Shown: positions 1 to 12,531 of the stretch, piece after piece
Layout of the letters: each line of letters opens with the position of its first letter
Position numbering within the stretch: position 1 is the stretch's first letter
Origin: Basidiobolus meristosporus CBS 931.73
Taxonomy: Eukaryota; Fungi; Basidiobolomycota
NCBI GenBank assembly: GCA_002104905.1
Contig: MCFE01000274.1
Coordinates: 41,866-105,865, forward strand
Length of the DNA stretch: 64,000 nucleotides
Direction of reading: 5' to 3'
Position numbers and translations under genes: made by a program
The notes under the pieces: model-generated
The model's input: the letters and a program-made list of their open reading frames with translations, nothing else
Told to the model about the DNA's origin: nothing
Database searches by the model: none

Positions 1-462
1 TCTGGTGAATGACAGGATCTTGGATTTCCAATCAATACTCGGATTGTGGTAGCTCAACCATGAGCTTCCAAGCACAATAGGATAGTGTGGTGAGTTGATG
101 ATGTTGAAGGCAATTCTTTCTTGGTGGGCAGTACTGGACAGCTGGAGTAAGCATGTTTCATGGGTAACGGCACCAGAGGAGAGTGATCTTCCATCAATAA
201 CTTCTACTTGGACTGGACAGGATTTCAAGGTAACAGGAATAGAGTGCTTCTGGACAAAGGCTTGGTCAATGAAACAGGATGAAGCACCGGAATCAATCAG
301 GGCTAGGGCTGGGACAGGACTGGAGTCAGGGATCTGGATTTTGACAGGCATTCTCAAGGACTGGATAGATTTTGTGGCAAAGGAAGATTCTTGGATATGC
401 TGGATTTTCATGGGTGGGTCCAGTTGCAAGCCTGTCAGTGCAACTGGACATTGGAGTTTCCC
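1..462 (-). CDS. Ty3/gypsy pol 5' part (aspartic protease), -1 frame relative to gag; continues beyond the left edge
   Basis: Manual translation gives ...PALALIDSGASSCFIDQAFV...YPIVLGSSWLSYHNPSIDW..., retropepsin DSG and LG..WL..HNP.IDW motifs; frame open to the window edge. Confidence 0.9.
418..462 (-). promoter_or_regulatory. Programmed -1 ribosomal frameshift signal (slippery heptamer + stem-loop)
   Basis: G GGA AAC in the gag frame (456-462), 6-nt spacer, perfect 11-bp stem GTCCAGTTGCA/TGCAACTGGAC with 10-nt loop (418-449); the -1 frame is pol. Confidence 0.85.
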
Positions 463-1367
463 AACAGATCTGGATCAGGTTGGTTGCTGGAGGACTGCAT
501 CAGCTTGAAGCTGGACTTCTTGTTGGGGCAGGACTTGGCAAAGTGACCTGGTTGGCCACAGTATAGACAGAGGTTGGCTTGTTGACGTCTGGACTTTTCA
601 CTCTTTGATAGTTTCCTGTATTTGGCACTATCAATCTGCATAGGATCTTCTGGAGTGACTTGGGGAGCAGGAGGAGCTGGGGTTGCAACAGGAATGTGTC
701 TTTGACGATTCTTTTGCTTCTTCTGGAATAGTCTGTTATCACACCGGATTGCTTGGTGCATAGCTTCAACCAATGTATCTGGATCTGGGAGTGTGAGTAG
801 CAGATCACAAACCTCATCATTAAGGCCATCTTGGAATTGGCTTATCAAGGCTGCTTGACCCCAGGAGCTGAGGTCACTGGAGAGTTGTCGGAATTCTGAG
901 GCATAGACTGATGCTGGTTTGTTTCCTTGCTTGAGGGTCTTGATCTTGTTGGCAGCAGTTCTGGCTTGGTCAAGGTTACCAAATGTTAGCTCCATTTCAG
1001 TGAGAAAGGCTTGGTAGTCTCTGAGTAGGGGAGAGTTGGTCTCCACTAATGGGGAGAACCACTTGAGAGCTGTACCAGTAAGCAGGTTGGAGATGAAACC
1101 AACTTTGGCCTGGTCAGTGGGGTACCGGTTGGGCTGGAGTGCAAGATTGTTCTTCACCATATTGATGAAGCCACGGAATTCATTCTGAGAGCCATTGAAC
1201 TTGGTAGCAGGAGTATACTTGGGTTCTTGGTAGACTGGGACATGGCTAGTTTGCTGGGCACTTTGGTTCTGGAACTGAGCAAGAGTGTTTCTGAGGTCTG
1301 CATGGTTTTGCTGCAGTTGGGTAAAGGCAGCCATGAGCTGGGCAAAGTTCAGCTCTAGGTTGGACAT
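435..1367 (-). CDS. Ty3/gypsy Gag (capsid + CCHC zinc knuckle)
   Basis: ORF 435..1397, first ATG at 1367; KFNG...FI..V...QPNRYPTDQAKVGF capsid signature; CLYCGQPGHFAKSC knuckle. Confidence 0.92.
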   Translation of the reverse strand: MSNLELNFAQLMAAFTQLQQNHADLRNTLAQFQNQSAQQTSHVPVYQEPKYTPATKFNGSQNEFRGFINMVKNNLALQPNRYPTDQAKVGFISNLLTGTALKWFSPLVETNSPLLRDYQAFLTEMELTFGNLDQARTAANKIKTLKQGNKPASVYASEFRQLSSDLSSWGQAALISQFQDGLNDEVCDLLLTLPDPDTLVEAMHQAIRCDNRLFQKKQKNRQRHIPVATPAPPAPQVTPEDPMQIDSAKYRKLSKSEKSRRQQANLCLYCGQPGHFAKSCPNKKSSFKLMQSSSNQPDPDLLGNSNVQLH

Positions 1368-1448
1368 GGTAGCAGAGGAAGGCGGATGAACTTGCAAGGA
1401 ATACTGGAATATACTAAACTAGGTTGTGGGTTTGTAAAGCCACTAGTA

Positions 1449-2296
1449 TGTCAAGAATACAACTATTGAGCCACAATCCCCAACTTAAATAAGTTAGCGT
1501 CACTTCAGAAGGTACTGGTTTCAACGTCCTTTGATAGAGTATTGTACTAAAGCTTCCAATACTGTAACAACTGTAAACTCCACCAGCAGGGTAATAAAGT
1601 GAATGCAGCTTTGACCAATAGTTTTACAAAGATAAAGTATCTTTGCCTTTATAGGACAAGACTAGGGAAAGATGATGGGTGATACTTACGGTGAGTATTC
1701 CTTTTACAAGTTTTCTTCAAACTTTGGGCAGAAGGCAGGGATCCACAGGTAAGTCAGGAGAGTCTGATAAAACTGTTATGAATAGACACAAGGCAGGAGG
1801 AAAAGCTAGGCACGGCAGGAAAGGACTTAGGTGTGGACCATCAAGGCAAGGCAGGATTCAAGGCAAGGCTGTTTATTCAAGACCTGTGTTTATCAGACTG
1901 AGGAATACTTAAGGGGGGATAGGACTATATATATACTTTTTGGCTATACTGATGCCGAGAGATATTAGCTAATACTAATGGGGTTGTGGGGTGAGGCACA
2001 GCAATGGTGCTGGGGATAATGACATAGATGACACGGCACTGAGACAGGATGGGGAAATGGATTGGGTCACCTGATCATGTGACTAAGTCATGTGACCTGG
2101 TATTTCCATATATGGTACTGGACTATAAAAAATACGATGGAAAGCTTCCATGGAATGTTCCATTGTGTAACAATGGTTTGGAATGGTCAGGAACTTTCTG
2201 GAAGGTGGTAGAAGGTTCCGGAAGGAATCTCTTAGAAATTGAGCTGGGAAGCTGAAACTTGGCATGGGTGTTCATGGTTGTCATGTGATCATGACA
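1449..2296 (-). mobile_element. Probable 5' LTR of the gypsy element
   Basis: TGTCA...TGACA termini just upstream of gag; TATA-like run at ~1925-1935; second LTR not in window, so the boundary is unconfirmed. Confidence 0.6.
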
Positions 2297-2297
2297 G

Positions 2298-2367
2298 AAT
2301 ACCTCTTCATCATGGGACTCAAATTCTGTGATGGCCCTTTGACAGGATCATCACAATTATTTTCATA
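2298..2367. repeat. Left arm of ~70-bp inverted repeat (partner 3941-4010)
   Basis: Reverse complement aligns at roughly 80% (by eye) to 3941-4010. Confidence 0.75.
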
Positions 2368-2449
2368 TGGTTAGCTATTTCTAATACAGCTTGAACTTCT
2401 GCCTTGTGGTACTGAAATGATTACCTATGAGATTCTTCTGTGCATTGGT

Positions 2450-3900
2450 TCAGGCGGTGTTATGGCTGTAGAGTTTTCTGGAGCAAAAAGCTCTCATTGT
2501 CTAACTCTAATTCAATCCTGACTGTTGGAAAGCATTGACTTGGGTTCATGACTTCATCTGATGTAGTTATTTTGTGAATATGTTGCACTTTCATCAAGCA
2601 ACATGTCCCTGGACCTTATCAGCTTCAGTTCTTTGGATTTATTGAGCATGTATGCCTTATTCACCTTGTAATAGCCCAAATATATGCATTTTGCACCTTT
2701 TGATTCAAACTTTGACTGATATTGGGGCAGTTTCTTGGCATATATTGTTCCACCAGATATTGTTGAGTTCTCTGAGCTTGGTTTGTATCAAGACCATGCC
2801 TTAAGTAGATTATAGAAAAGTACTCTGCTGTAACTCCTACTGGTAAGTTATATAGCTGTGTCAACTGCTTCTGCCCAAAAGTCATACTTTTGATGATGGA
2901 TCTTATATCTTGCCATATTGGTTATTGATTTAGTTGCATATTTGAATACTGCATTTTGTGGTGTAGAGCATGGTGAAGTGGTCTCTTGCATTGTCACAGA
3001 GTTTTTGAGAAGTCAATGAAAAATTGTGAGTTATCATCTTCATCTTTGTGTGAGAGTATTTAATTGATATTCTCACCACTCTCCCTCTCCACCTAGCTTC
3101 AAACTCCATACGCCTTGACCAAGCTACCCACTTCTCTTCTATTAACTAGACCAATGTGCACCTTGTGTTATCAGCAACAAATTTGACTAAATATGACTTT
3201 CCACCTGAGCATGAATTTTCATATTTATGCATCAATCAGAGAAATTAAATCAAATTCTGTTTTGCATTGATTGAGCCATACCTCTTCAATGATTGGCTGG
3301 CTTGTTTTTCATATATTCAGGCTTCAAAGTGCTCCACATCAGCTGGGGGATTAGTTTTACTGTGGAAATTAGCTAGTATCTTATTGCTTTGCTCAAATTA
3401 TCATGATTTATATGACCAAATCTCCTGTGCCAAAGCATAGGTGTGCCTTAACTTTAGTTACCTATATCAGCATCTACATATGATGGAGCATATGCTCACT
3501 GGATATACTTGGGACTCTGATACCCTAAGCAATATGGTCACAATTTTGATCAGTGATCCTTCATATAAAACTGCCACATATTAACTGAGTCCTTCTGCTG
3601 TGGCCCTGATTACAAATGGTAGGTACTTGCCTATTTCTGGCTCATAGAATACTTCATTGAAAGTAAGTGTGCAGCTTTAAGCAACCTCATGTCTTAGATA
3701 CTAGATATGTGGGTAAATATTCCAAGTAAATCCCAATAGGAAGTTTAGTTAGAATTCTTTCAGATTTATAGGCAACAACACAAATGTCCATGTTAGGAAA
3801 ATACTTAGGTGCAATTACAATGCTTACAACATCCAGAACATGCAGTTGCTTAAAGTTGCCTAAATAGTCCCAGAATGTGCACACATGTTGTTGGGATCTC
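2450..3900 (-). pseudogene. Degenerate Ty1/copia integrase region with LTR-like remnant
   Basis: Broken reading ...KCIYLGYYKVNKAYML...K.IRSRDMLLDES at ~2560-2700 (copia integrase C-terminus); 3700-3900 shares motifs (aaatattccaagtaaatcc) with the LTRs at 49.6-54.3 kb. Confidence 0.55.
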
Positions 3901-3940
3901 ACTTGGCATATTCAGCATGCTGGTCTTACTGTGATCCCCT

Positions 3941-4010
3941 ATGAGAAATAATCATGATGATCTTGTCAAAAGGCGGTCACAAGATTCAAGTCCCATGACT
4001 AAGAGGTATT
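3941..4010. repeat. Right arm of ~70-bp inverted repeat (partner 2298-2367)
   Basis: See left arm; the motif gatc(c/t)tgtca recurs at 3959-3968 and 4011-4020. Confidence 0.75.
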
Positions 4011-4379
4011 GATCCTGTCAGGATGCTGTCCAAAGACCATTGAGAAACAATTGCACCCCTGATTTCACAAAAACCTAGTCAAAATTTTTCATCACGGCCA
4101 AACATATGTGACTTGTGATTAGTTCTCTGCCAACTGTCTCACTTTCTGATCCAGGACACTCAATCACCTCCTACATTAGTGTACATTGATTGGCTATTGC
4201 CTCTTTTTGATACTCCTTACTTTCTCACTTAACTAATTCTCTTACTTTTCATGCATACCAATAGATTTGTTTCCATTGAAACCTCAGTTGTTTCTCAATT
4301 GCCAATTGTATTGACCTATGCAAGTCCCAATACCCAACACTAATATTAACCTCAACCCCATATGCAACAAGTAACTGCA

Positions 4380-6130
4380 TTAAAATCCACCACTTAATAA
4401 GTATTTCTGCTCTAAAGCCCTTTTCCCATGATATTGCCAGAGCCCTGCAGCTTTATGCCATTGCTCATTCACTGGTCCCCATACATCCTGGTCTTCAGCC
4501 AGCACTCTAAGGACTAGCACTTCATATGTCGGTCTTTGCAATAGATTCCTGCAATATTCAAGTGCATTTTCTTGATCACTGCTCTTAAGGGAATGCTGCA
4601 ACCTCATGGTGTGCCTATTAATGTTCCAAAATTCCACTGTAGGCTTTTTGATAGTCTTCTGAGTTCCTGATGTTGTTGCTTTGTCTGTTAGTGGGATCTC
4701 CACTCTGTCTACAATGGAGGGCATGGAAGCAATGGTACACAAACTGCTTTTCTCTGCAAACTCATCTACCTCACTGGAGTGTACCTCTACTGGCTGTACT
4801 TCCAACAGCCAAGAAATCAACCAATGTCTTGTGGGTAGTTCTTCTTGGCTATGATGAGATTTGGCCTGCTCTGGGCTAACAGCATTAATTGGTGAGAACT
4901 GCAGCTTTTTTCTCACGCTTCACTGTCTCTGTCCAAGGTAGACCTTTTCCTCTTTACCTTTACCATTACCACTGCCAAGTCTTTCACTACTACTGGGAGT
5001 GAGCGCTTCTTGTATTGTACTGTGTTTTCTCCTTGATGAATGAAGCATTGGTGTATCTGTTTTTGCCTGCTTTTCCCTTGCTAGCACTTTTGTGGCAACC
5101 TGACATTTGATTGCTGCTTGTCTGGAACTTTGAGCCCTGCTTGTGATATGGTCCTGAGAAAGCCACTTATCTTTATCACTGTTGAGTCCTTCACTGTTAA
5201 TGTGGCCAAGTGCTTTTTGTGCTCATCTACATTTTTGCCTTGCTAAATGCTGCACTGATGCATTTGTTTCTGCCTGCCTGTCCCCTACTGACACTCTTCT
5301 AGCTAACTGCTGTTTCTTTGATACTTGTTTGGAGCTTTCAGCCTTGCTTGCAAAAGCTCTTGAGGAAGTTGCTGATTTTTAGCTGTGTACCCTTGTTCTT
5401 CTGCCTTAGATAGTCTCTGCTATTCTTGTTTTACTTTCTTGACATACCATTGCTGATCCAAGATTGGTTTGCTTACTTGAATCTAGGATAACCCTCATGG
5501 GTCAGGTCAAGCATATTCTGCTTGGCCTTGAGTTCCTGATGGTCCCATGTTATGTTGTCCTTGGTATGATGCCATCCTAGACTTCTAACAGCCACCTGAA
5601 TACTAGCCCACTCTTCTTCATTGCACCTACCAATTTCATGGATCTTCAATGTCTTTTGACTCTTAGGCATGGGTACAAACACCACATCCTCTCTCTCCTA
5701 TGCTGTGATAGACTCTTTGGTTGGCATTATCTTTGGACACTGTTGCTGTGCTTCAAAGACTGTACAGTGTTCCTCTGCTGTTACATCAGGAAAAGGCTCA
5801 ATTGCTGACTGTGGCATTGAGCTACTTGAGTTCCTTCTTAGCACCAAAGATATTGTGTTCTCTACCTGGGTTATTGATTGCTTCACACATAATATCCACT
5901 CATCTAGTTTCAGCCCTATTATCAGATTACTCTGGGCCATTCCGTCTATCCTATTAGCCACTGCGCTTAATTGCCTCATTAATGCTTTGGTATGAGCTGA
6001 CAAGATGCTTGCTAATGCAGGTGGTGGTGATGTTATAATGGCCACTTGCTGGTCTTCAACCAAGGGTACTCTGTTTGCTACATTCTCATCTGCCTGAGCA
6101 TTATGGTCAGCTTGCAGATGGATTCTCATT
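4380..6130 (-). pseudogene. Decayed, unassigned TE-associated coding relic
   Basis: Several fragmented minus-strand ORFs in CpG-poor DNA next to the transposase relic; no recognisable motif. Confidence 0.3.
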
Positions 6131-6299
6131 AAATATGTATTCTACCTGCATATCCTGCTGGTCTCTGATTCTCATCAACCTTAATCTACCACCTATCTTA
6201 CAGCATCAAAGCAGAAATCTGATAGTAGTCTTTCTGGTTTCTGGGCCTTAATCACTATCCAGCCTGGCCAGCTACCTTTATCCACTGCTGAATGAATAT

Positions 6300-7400
6300 T
6301 GTATGATTTCCAGCAGAACACTACTAAATGGCCATCATATCAGAGCTCATATTAATGTCTGCATTAGAGATACCCCAGCCATCAGCAAGATAGCTGGCTT
6401 TTCTGGGCACAATGGATGGTATTGCTGTCAAACATGTGAGATGCAGGGGATTTACTCCATAACTAACACTCATGATTATTATCCAAAACCAACACTAACA
6501 ACATCTTCTTCTCACTAAGATAATGTACCAAAGTCAGCATGTAATTGCAGCAAAGTTGGCAAGCTTTAAGTCATTGGCTGGAATATGGAATTAATTAGAA
6601 ACTGGAGATGCCAAAGATGGAAGGTATTTTTAGAGCAAAAGCTTTCCACTGGGAGCAATGCATTTGCTTATCAACAATATCCCTATTCTAATGACCTAGT
6701 TGTACATGGGGCATTTTAAGCTGAATGAGCCTTGTCAGATACCAGAGAAAATTGAAAAAATTGGCAAGATATTATGGAGTAACTGCTACCCAAAGTGCTT
6801 CTCATTGGCTCCAATCAAGATTCATATACATATGTAACAGTACAAATGCAAAGACTGGATGAACTGGATATATATTTATTCAAGTGGCCTTCTGAAGCCA
6901 TTTCAACCAAGTGTATATTGGATGCATTGGGAGTCATATGTGGACATTGTAGGAGTATTTATCCAAAAGCAGATCAGCAATGCCAACTTGTCACATCTAC
7001 AGCTTTTATGCAAGGAGTTTGTGACAGGATTTGAGCAGCTATATTACAAGCCTAAAGCTGAATGTGTAGATCTCTGCCACTACTGTATCCATTCTCTACT
7101 CCATCTTGCTTGGTGTGTGGACAATAGTGGGCCTTGTGTCCCCCTTTGGGAGTTTCCTATGGAGCAGATGCATGGGGAGATAGGAAGACAAGTCAAGTTG
7201 CAGGTACTACCATATCCCAATCTGATCAAGAACATTACCTTCAAGTCCATCATGGATGTGATGAGTTGGCACATAGAGGACAGCCAGAAGTGTTTGAAAA
7301 TGCTGAGGACAGATGTGCACATGGAGACACCTATACCTTTGGCATTGAGAAGCTAAGCAGCCCCAATGTGTGGGTAATCAGTTAAGTAATACAATGTTGG
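6300..7400 (+). pseudogene. Degenerate CACTA/EnSpm (CMC)-type transposase
   Basis: D-T-P-A-I-S-K-I-A-G-F-S-G-H-N-G-W-Y-C-C-Q-T-C motif and FEQLYY...C..H.LLHL.....GP...LWEFPME motif; stops and frameshifts between them. Confidence 0.75.
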
Positions 7401-7699
7401 GTTAGGCTCAGCAAGCAACTAATTCTTATTAGGACAACTTTACCAAAGTATGCTGGGTTTCTCTTGGTCACAAGCCAATTTCTACATCATTTAATACAGA
7501 ATTCACATAAACAAGTGCCAGAGCACACCTATAAGGGGGATAGAATCCAGCAGGGAGAAGGAATATACCAGCTAGAAACCAAGAAGTTCTTTGCAGATAT
7601 TCAGGAGGTATTTATGGCAAAAGTTGTGGCAACCAAGCATGAAGCTCATAGTTTAGGCTGACCAGGTAGGTAACTATTGCTTCATCACCAGTAGTTTTT

Positions 7700-7950
7700 A
7701 TGCCAACTGATTCCACTTCATTAACCATTATAGCACCTAAACATCACTTGAAGGTGTCTTCTAGTACCCTCCAGGCATTCTTTGCATTTTTGCACTTGTG
7801 CTTTGAATTTGCAATTTACCATTAGCATCAAGGCAAATGCAGTTGAAGGCACTTTGTGCACTCTTCTGGTACTTTAAGGCTACTTTTCTTACCCCTTCAG
7901 GAAGGTGTTCTTCTCCCATAGCCATATTCCAAAGACTTCATTCCTGTAAC
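7700..7950 (-). pseudogene. Possible copia gag fragment
   Basis: Reading ...GEEHLPE...AQSAFNCICL...AKMQKNAWRVLEDTF resembles the copia gag AW..L...F motif. Confidence 0.35.
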
Positions 7951-7953
7951 AGT

Positions 7954-8150
7954 TGTAAAAGTTTGTAATTCTTCCCAATATTCACCTAACCTAGCCACTT
8001 ACATCATTACCTACAAACCTTAGTGAATGCTGACCAAATTCCTTGTCAGGATTTATGTTGAATATTTTTCACCTGAAACAGCTGGTACACAGAGCATGAA
8101 AATTTTCAAAGTTGTCCATACTTTTTATGGCAGCTGAGCACAACATGTAA
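7954..8150 (+). mobile_element. Partial copia LTR (same family as 49.6-54.3 kb LTRs)
   Basis: Reverse complement aligns to 51790-51955; begins with TGT at 7954. Confidence 0.6.
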
Positions 8151-9509
8151 ATATTTCTCAAGGCATTCCAGATATCCTTTGCTTTTTAGCTTCTGAGCAT
8201 TGAGCCCACAACCTGCCCAAGATGTTCAGGATCAGAAAGTTGAAGATGCTTGGCACATCTTTTTGGTTGCTAGGAGCCACTTCTCCTGCATTGTTGCAAG
8301 TGCATTCTCTAGCAGGAATATGGCAGTGTCCCAATTCCTCAGGCATTGTATTTATCTTGACCTTCTATATGTTTGCACTTGTATCCACCCTACTATTCTG
8401 CATTGTGAAGATTCTGGTAGTATCTGTAATAGGCATTGCAGAAGGTGATGGCTCAAGTTTCATCACCTGCTGTGAGAGCCTTGGAGATATTGGAAGTAAT
8501 TAGGGGAACAAGCTAATTGGGAGGCTCTCACTCAATGATTTGTCAAAGACCAATGCATTACTTAGAGTCATAGATGGTATGGCCAAGATAAACACCCAAA
8601 GTGTGCTTTGGTAATTCTCCAGAGGATACATATAATGCTTGAGAGCTTTGGGCTACATATCAAGTATCAATACTCAGGGTTCTTAACAGTGTGATGAAAA
8701 CATCACAAGTAAAGCATGACAAATAACTTGGGTATTGAATAGTTAGGTTTATGAACTATGATCCAAATGACTAGGTTAATGGAGTATATAGGTGTATGAT
8801 ACAAAATCCAGATAAGTCAGAGTCTCATTTGTTTTTGGTTAACCGCTTCCAATACCATTTAATAGTATTATGATAGCCATCTAGTGATATTACTGCATCC
8901 ATCACTGTTCAGAAGTATCTTGAGTTAGCACGAATCAAAACAACCCTGATATAAACTCAGAGGTTGAAGAAATGACTATTGGCACTGAATCCTACTTGGG
9001 AACATAGTTGTGCTGTATGGATAATATACATTTCGAGTCTGCATAATAGATCGGATGATGCCAGTGCAGCGTAGCATCACACACAGGGCAGTCTCAGCAA
9101 TTGATGCCACAATAAGCCATCCAACACATCCAACCGCACTAACCGGAAAGGATTGCCATCAGTCAGGGGAAAAGGAGGGAAAAGAACTCCAATTGGCGGT
9201 ATTCCAGAGGGACGAACACATGGTACCATGGGAATTTCATACCTGAGGTGGAGCAGTGATTAGGCAGTAGTATGGCAGAACACTCCCAGTAGTATGGCTA
9301 GACACTTGCATCCCAATACCATGGATGGTTTTTCGATGCCTTACCACGAATTCCCAATCAATGTGATATGTGTGGTGGGAATCAGGATCGAACGATCACC
9401 AATCACCATTACGTCACTGCCAGGCCACCTCCCCTAAGCGGTGGACAATTCGTAATGCTACTTAAGTCCGGCTGGGGAACGATTGATTTCTGGTAAGAAA
9501 CGACCTAAC

Positions 9510-12292
9510 ATGCCGAACACTAGCACCAACAGCAGCGAGTTGTCCAAACTCAAGGTGGACCTCTCCCCCGAGGAGATCACCAAGCTCGCCCAGGAGATCG
9601 TCGAGCAAACCAAGAAGGTCCACGACGAAGTGGCCTCCCTCCCCGCGGAGCGGTGCAACTTCGAAAGCGTCTGCAAACGGTTGGCCTTGCTTGAAGGGTG
9701 GGCGGAAACCGAGGCCAGCAACTGCACCTTCCCCCAGTACGTGTTCACCGACAAAGCCGTGCGGGAGGCATCTAGCAACGCCACCGCCGAGATCGAGGTA
9801 AACCCGACCCCGTTACTTTTCTCCCACCGCCACCAACTCCCCGGCTAAACGTGGGCCACCTTTTGCCTCTGTGATATGTAGAAAGTGGACATCGAGGAGA
9901 GCATGCGCGAGGACCTTTACCAGGCGGTCCTCAACGCCAAGGCCAAGAAGGAGAAGCTCAACCCAGAGGAGCAACGCCTTCTGGACAAAATGGAGTTGGA
10001 CTTCAAGAGAAACGGGCTGGCCCTCCCCAAGGAGCAGAGAGACAAGCTGGCCGAGATCAAGAAGAGAATCTCGGAGCTGCGTATCGAGTTCCAGAAGAAC
10101 CTAAACGAGGACGACTCCAAGTTGGCCTTCACCGCCAAAGAACTCCAAGGGGTGAAACCCGAGTTTCTGGTAAGTCCCGGCAAGGCTTACGCTCGGCAAG
10201 GGCCCGACTTCTAACCGCGTACTCGTCGTTGTAGGAGGGACTTGAGAAGGTTGACCCGGTAGAGGCCGGGAAAGAGGAGCAGTACTACGTGTCTACCAAA
10301 TACCCCGATCTGTTCCCGGTGTTGAAGTACGCCGAGAACGACGAGGTTCGACACAAGATGGACACCCTGAACGCAACCAAATGCAAACCCAACGTTGCCA
10401 TATTGGAGGAGGTAAGAGAGGTCCCTTGGATGATCTAGATACGTGTGGTAACCGTGTGCGATTCTCCCACCTGCACGTTAGGTCATCGAGCTCCGCAAAC
10501 AGATGGCTGACATCATGGGGTACTCTGACTTCGCCTCGTTCCGATTGGAGGTGAAGATGGCCAAGGATTCGGCCACCGTGACCGAGTTCTTGGATGACTT
10601 GACCGCCAAGTTGAAGCCCATCGCCACCAAAGAGCTTGAAGAGCTCAAAAACGTCAAGAAGGTATTTCCCGGTGATAGCTACCGCTTAACATCTTTGAAG
10701 AGTAACCCATCCCACCCAGGCCGAGAAAGAAGCCCACAACCAAGCTTACGATGGCTCCTTCCATAGCTACGACTACTCCTACTACGATCGTATCCAGGTC
10801 GAAAGAGACTTCCAAGTAGACGAATCGGAGATCCAGAAGTACTTCCCAGTGGATCACGTAGTCAAAGGTTACATCCGCAGCATGATCGGCATGGGACTTG
10901 CAATAACACATTCCTCCCGATCTAGTGGTGTTCGATCTCTACCAGGAAGTGCTGGCCGTCAAGTTCGTCGAGGTTCCTGATGCCAAGGTTTGGCACAGCG
11001 ACGTGAAGATGTACAAAGTGTTAGGTAAGGCGGGTGGATCCGTTGGTTGAGCTCGGCGGGGACTAAGCGCGGATTTGATGTAGATGCCAAGACAAACGAG
11101 TTGATGGGTAGCTTCTATCTGGATCTTCATCCAAGGTATGTCGGTGTTTGGCAAACCGTCTCCATCGGGTTTCTAACGTCCCTCGTCAACAGAGAAGGCA
11201 AGTATAACCACGCCGCTTGCTTCCCACTGAACCCTGGATATGAGACTGAGGACGGACAGCGTCAGATGCCGGTCGCCGCCATGGTTGCCAACTTCACCAA
11301 ACCGTAAATATCCCCATCATCATTGTACACTGAACCCTACAGCATCGCTCACCCAATGTGACCCAGCACTGCCACTCGTCCTTCGCTGTTGCGCCACTCG
11401 GAGGCAGTTACTTATCTTCACGAGCTTGGCCATGTGATGCACAACATGTGTGCCAAGACCCAGTTCGCCCGTTTCCACGGCACAAGTGTCGAGGGAGATT
11501 TCGTAGAGGCACCCTCTCAGGTAAGGAATCTCGCCATGGTCACCGTATTGGATCCCAACTAACCAGCGTTACCGACCAAACCGGGATGGCGAACAGATGC
11601 TTGAGAACGTAAGTTGTGCGGAACTTGATGTCGTGGGCCCAACTCTAACCGAGTCTCTATTCGCAGTGGTGCTGGGAGACTGATGTATTGAAGCGGTTGT
11701 CTTCCCACCATGAAACCAAGGAGCCCATCGGGCAGGAGCTGATTGACAGGATGCTGGCGGCCAAGAATCACAACGCCGGCCTGTTCAACCTTCGACAGAT
11801 CTTCTTCGGCAAGTTCGACATGATCTGCCACACCTCCAAAGGTAGGTCGATGATTTGGTGAATGCTTGGTGCCGAGCTGACCGAGTGATTGATCTAGACA
11901 AGATTGACACCACCAAGTTGTGGAACGAGTTGAAACCCGAGATTTCTCTCGTCCCAGCCAATCCTGATGGATATCCAGCCGCCTCCTACGCCCACATCAT
12001 TGCCGGCTACGAAGCTGGCTACTATGTAAGCGATTCCCATGAGCAATCACATGCTTCCTCTCTTGATTGACCACTTGTGCAATTGCAGGGCTATCTGTAC
12101 TCGCTCGTGTTCTCCACCGATATGTTCTACACTCGCTTCAAGAAGGAGGGACTCTTCGCCTCCAAGGCTGGCTTGGAGTATCGCAGCAAGATCCTTCAGC
12201 CTGGAGGCTCCCGTGACGCCCAGGATATGTTGCTCGACTTCATTGGTAGAAAATTCAACCAAGAAGCCTTCTTGAAATCCATCGGCTTATAA
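9510..12292 (+). CDS. M3A metallo-oligopeptidase (thimet oligopeptidase/neurolysin/saccharolysin family), multi-exon
   Basis: HELGHVMH zinc motif at ~11419; DLHPR|[16 protein letters not shown]|MLEN and GYEAGYY|GYLYS motifs across GT-AG introns. Confidence 0.93.
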
Positions 12293-12531
12293 ATAGTTTA
12301 TTTAATCAAATTAATAAATCAACTCCCCCCCCCATTTCACGTGATCCATGAACCAGATAGTCCCTTGGCATACATACATACCCGATGGTACGGACCATCA
12401 TCCTCGAGTGATCCACATCAGCCGATCGGCCCGATGGATCTTCGTCACGGGTAGTCAGGATGGGAACCTTTTTAAATGGATTCCCAGCGGGAATTTTGGG
12501 CAGAATCCCTTCTTGTATCCACCCAGTCAAC

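Noticed and set aside
2297-2344. Alternative gypsy LTR end at 2344 (TTTGACA)
   Set aside because: That TGACA lies inside the inverted-repeat arm homologous to 3941-4010, so 2296 fits better.
1-8900. Neurospora-type RIP as the cause of repeat decay
   Set aside because: CA/TG are abundant and CG is what is missing; this fits CpG deamination, not CpA-to-TpA.
8300-8900. Possible second CACTA relic (HYMYPLENY resembling WMYPFERY) on the minus strand
   Set aside because: Single short motif without supporting flanks.
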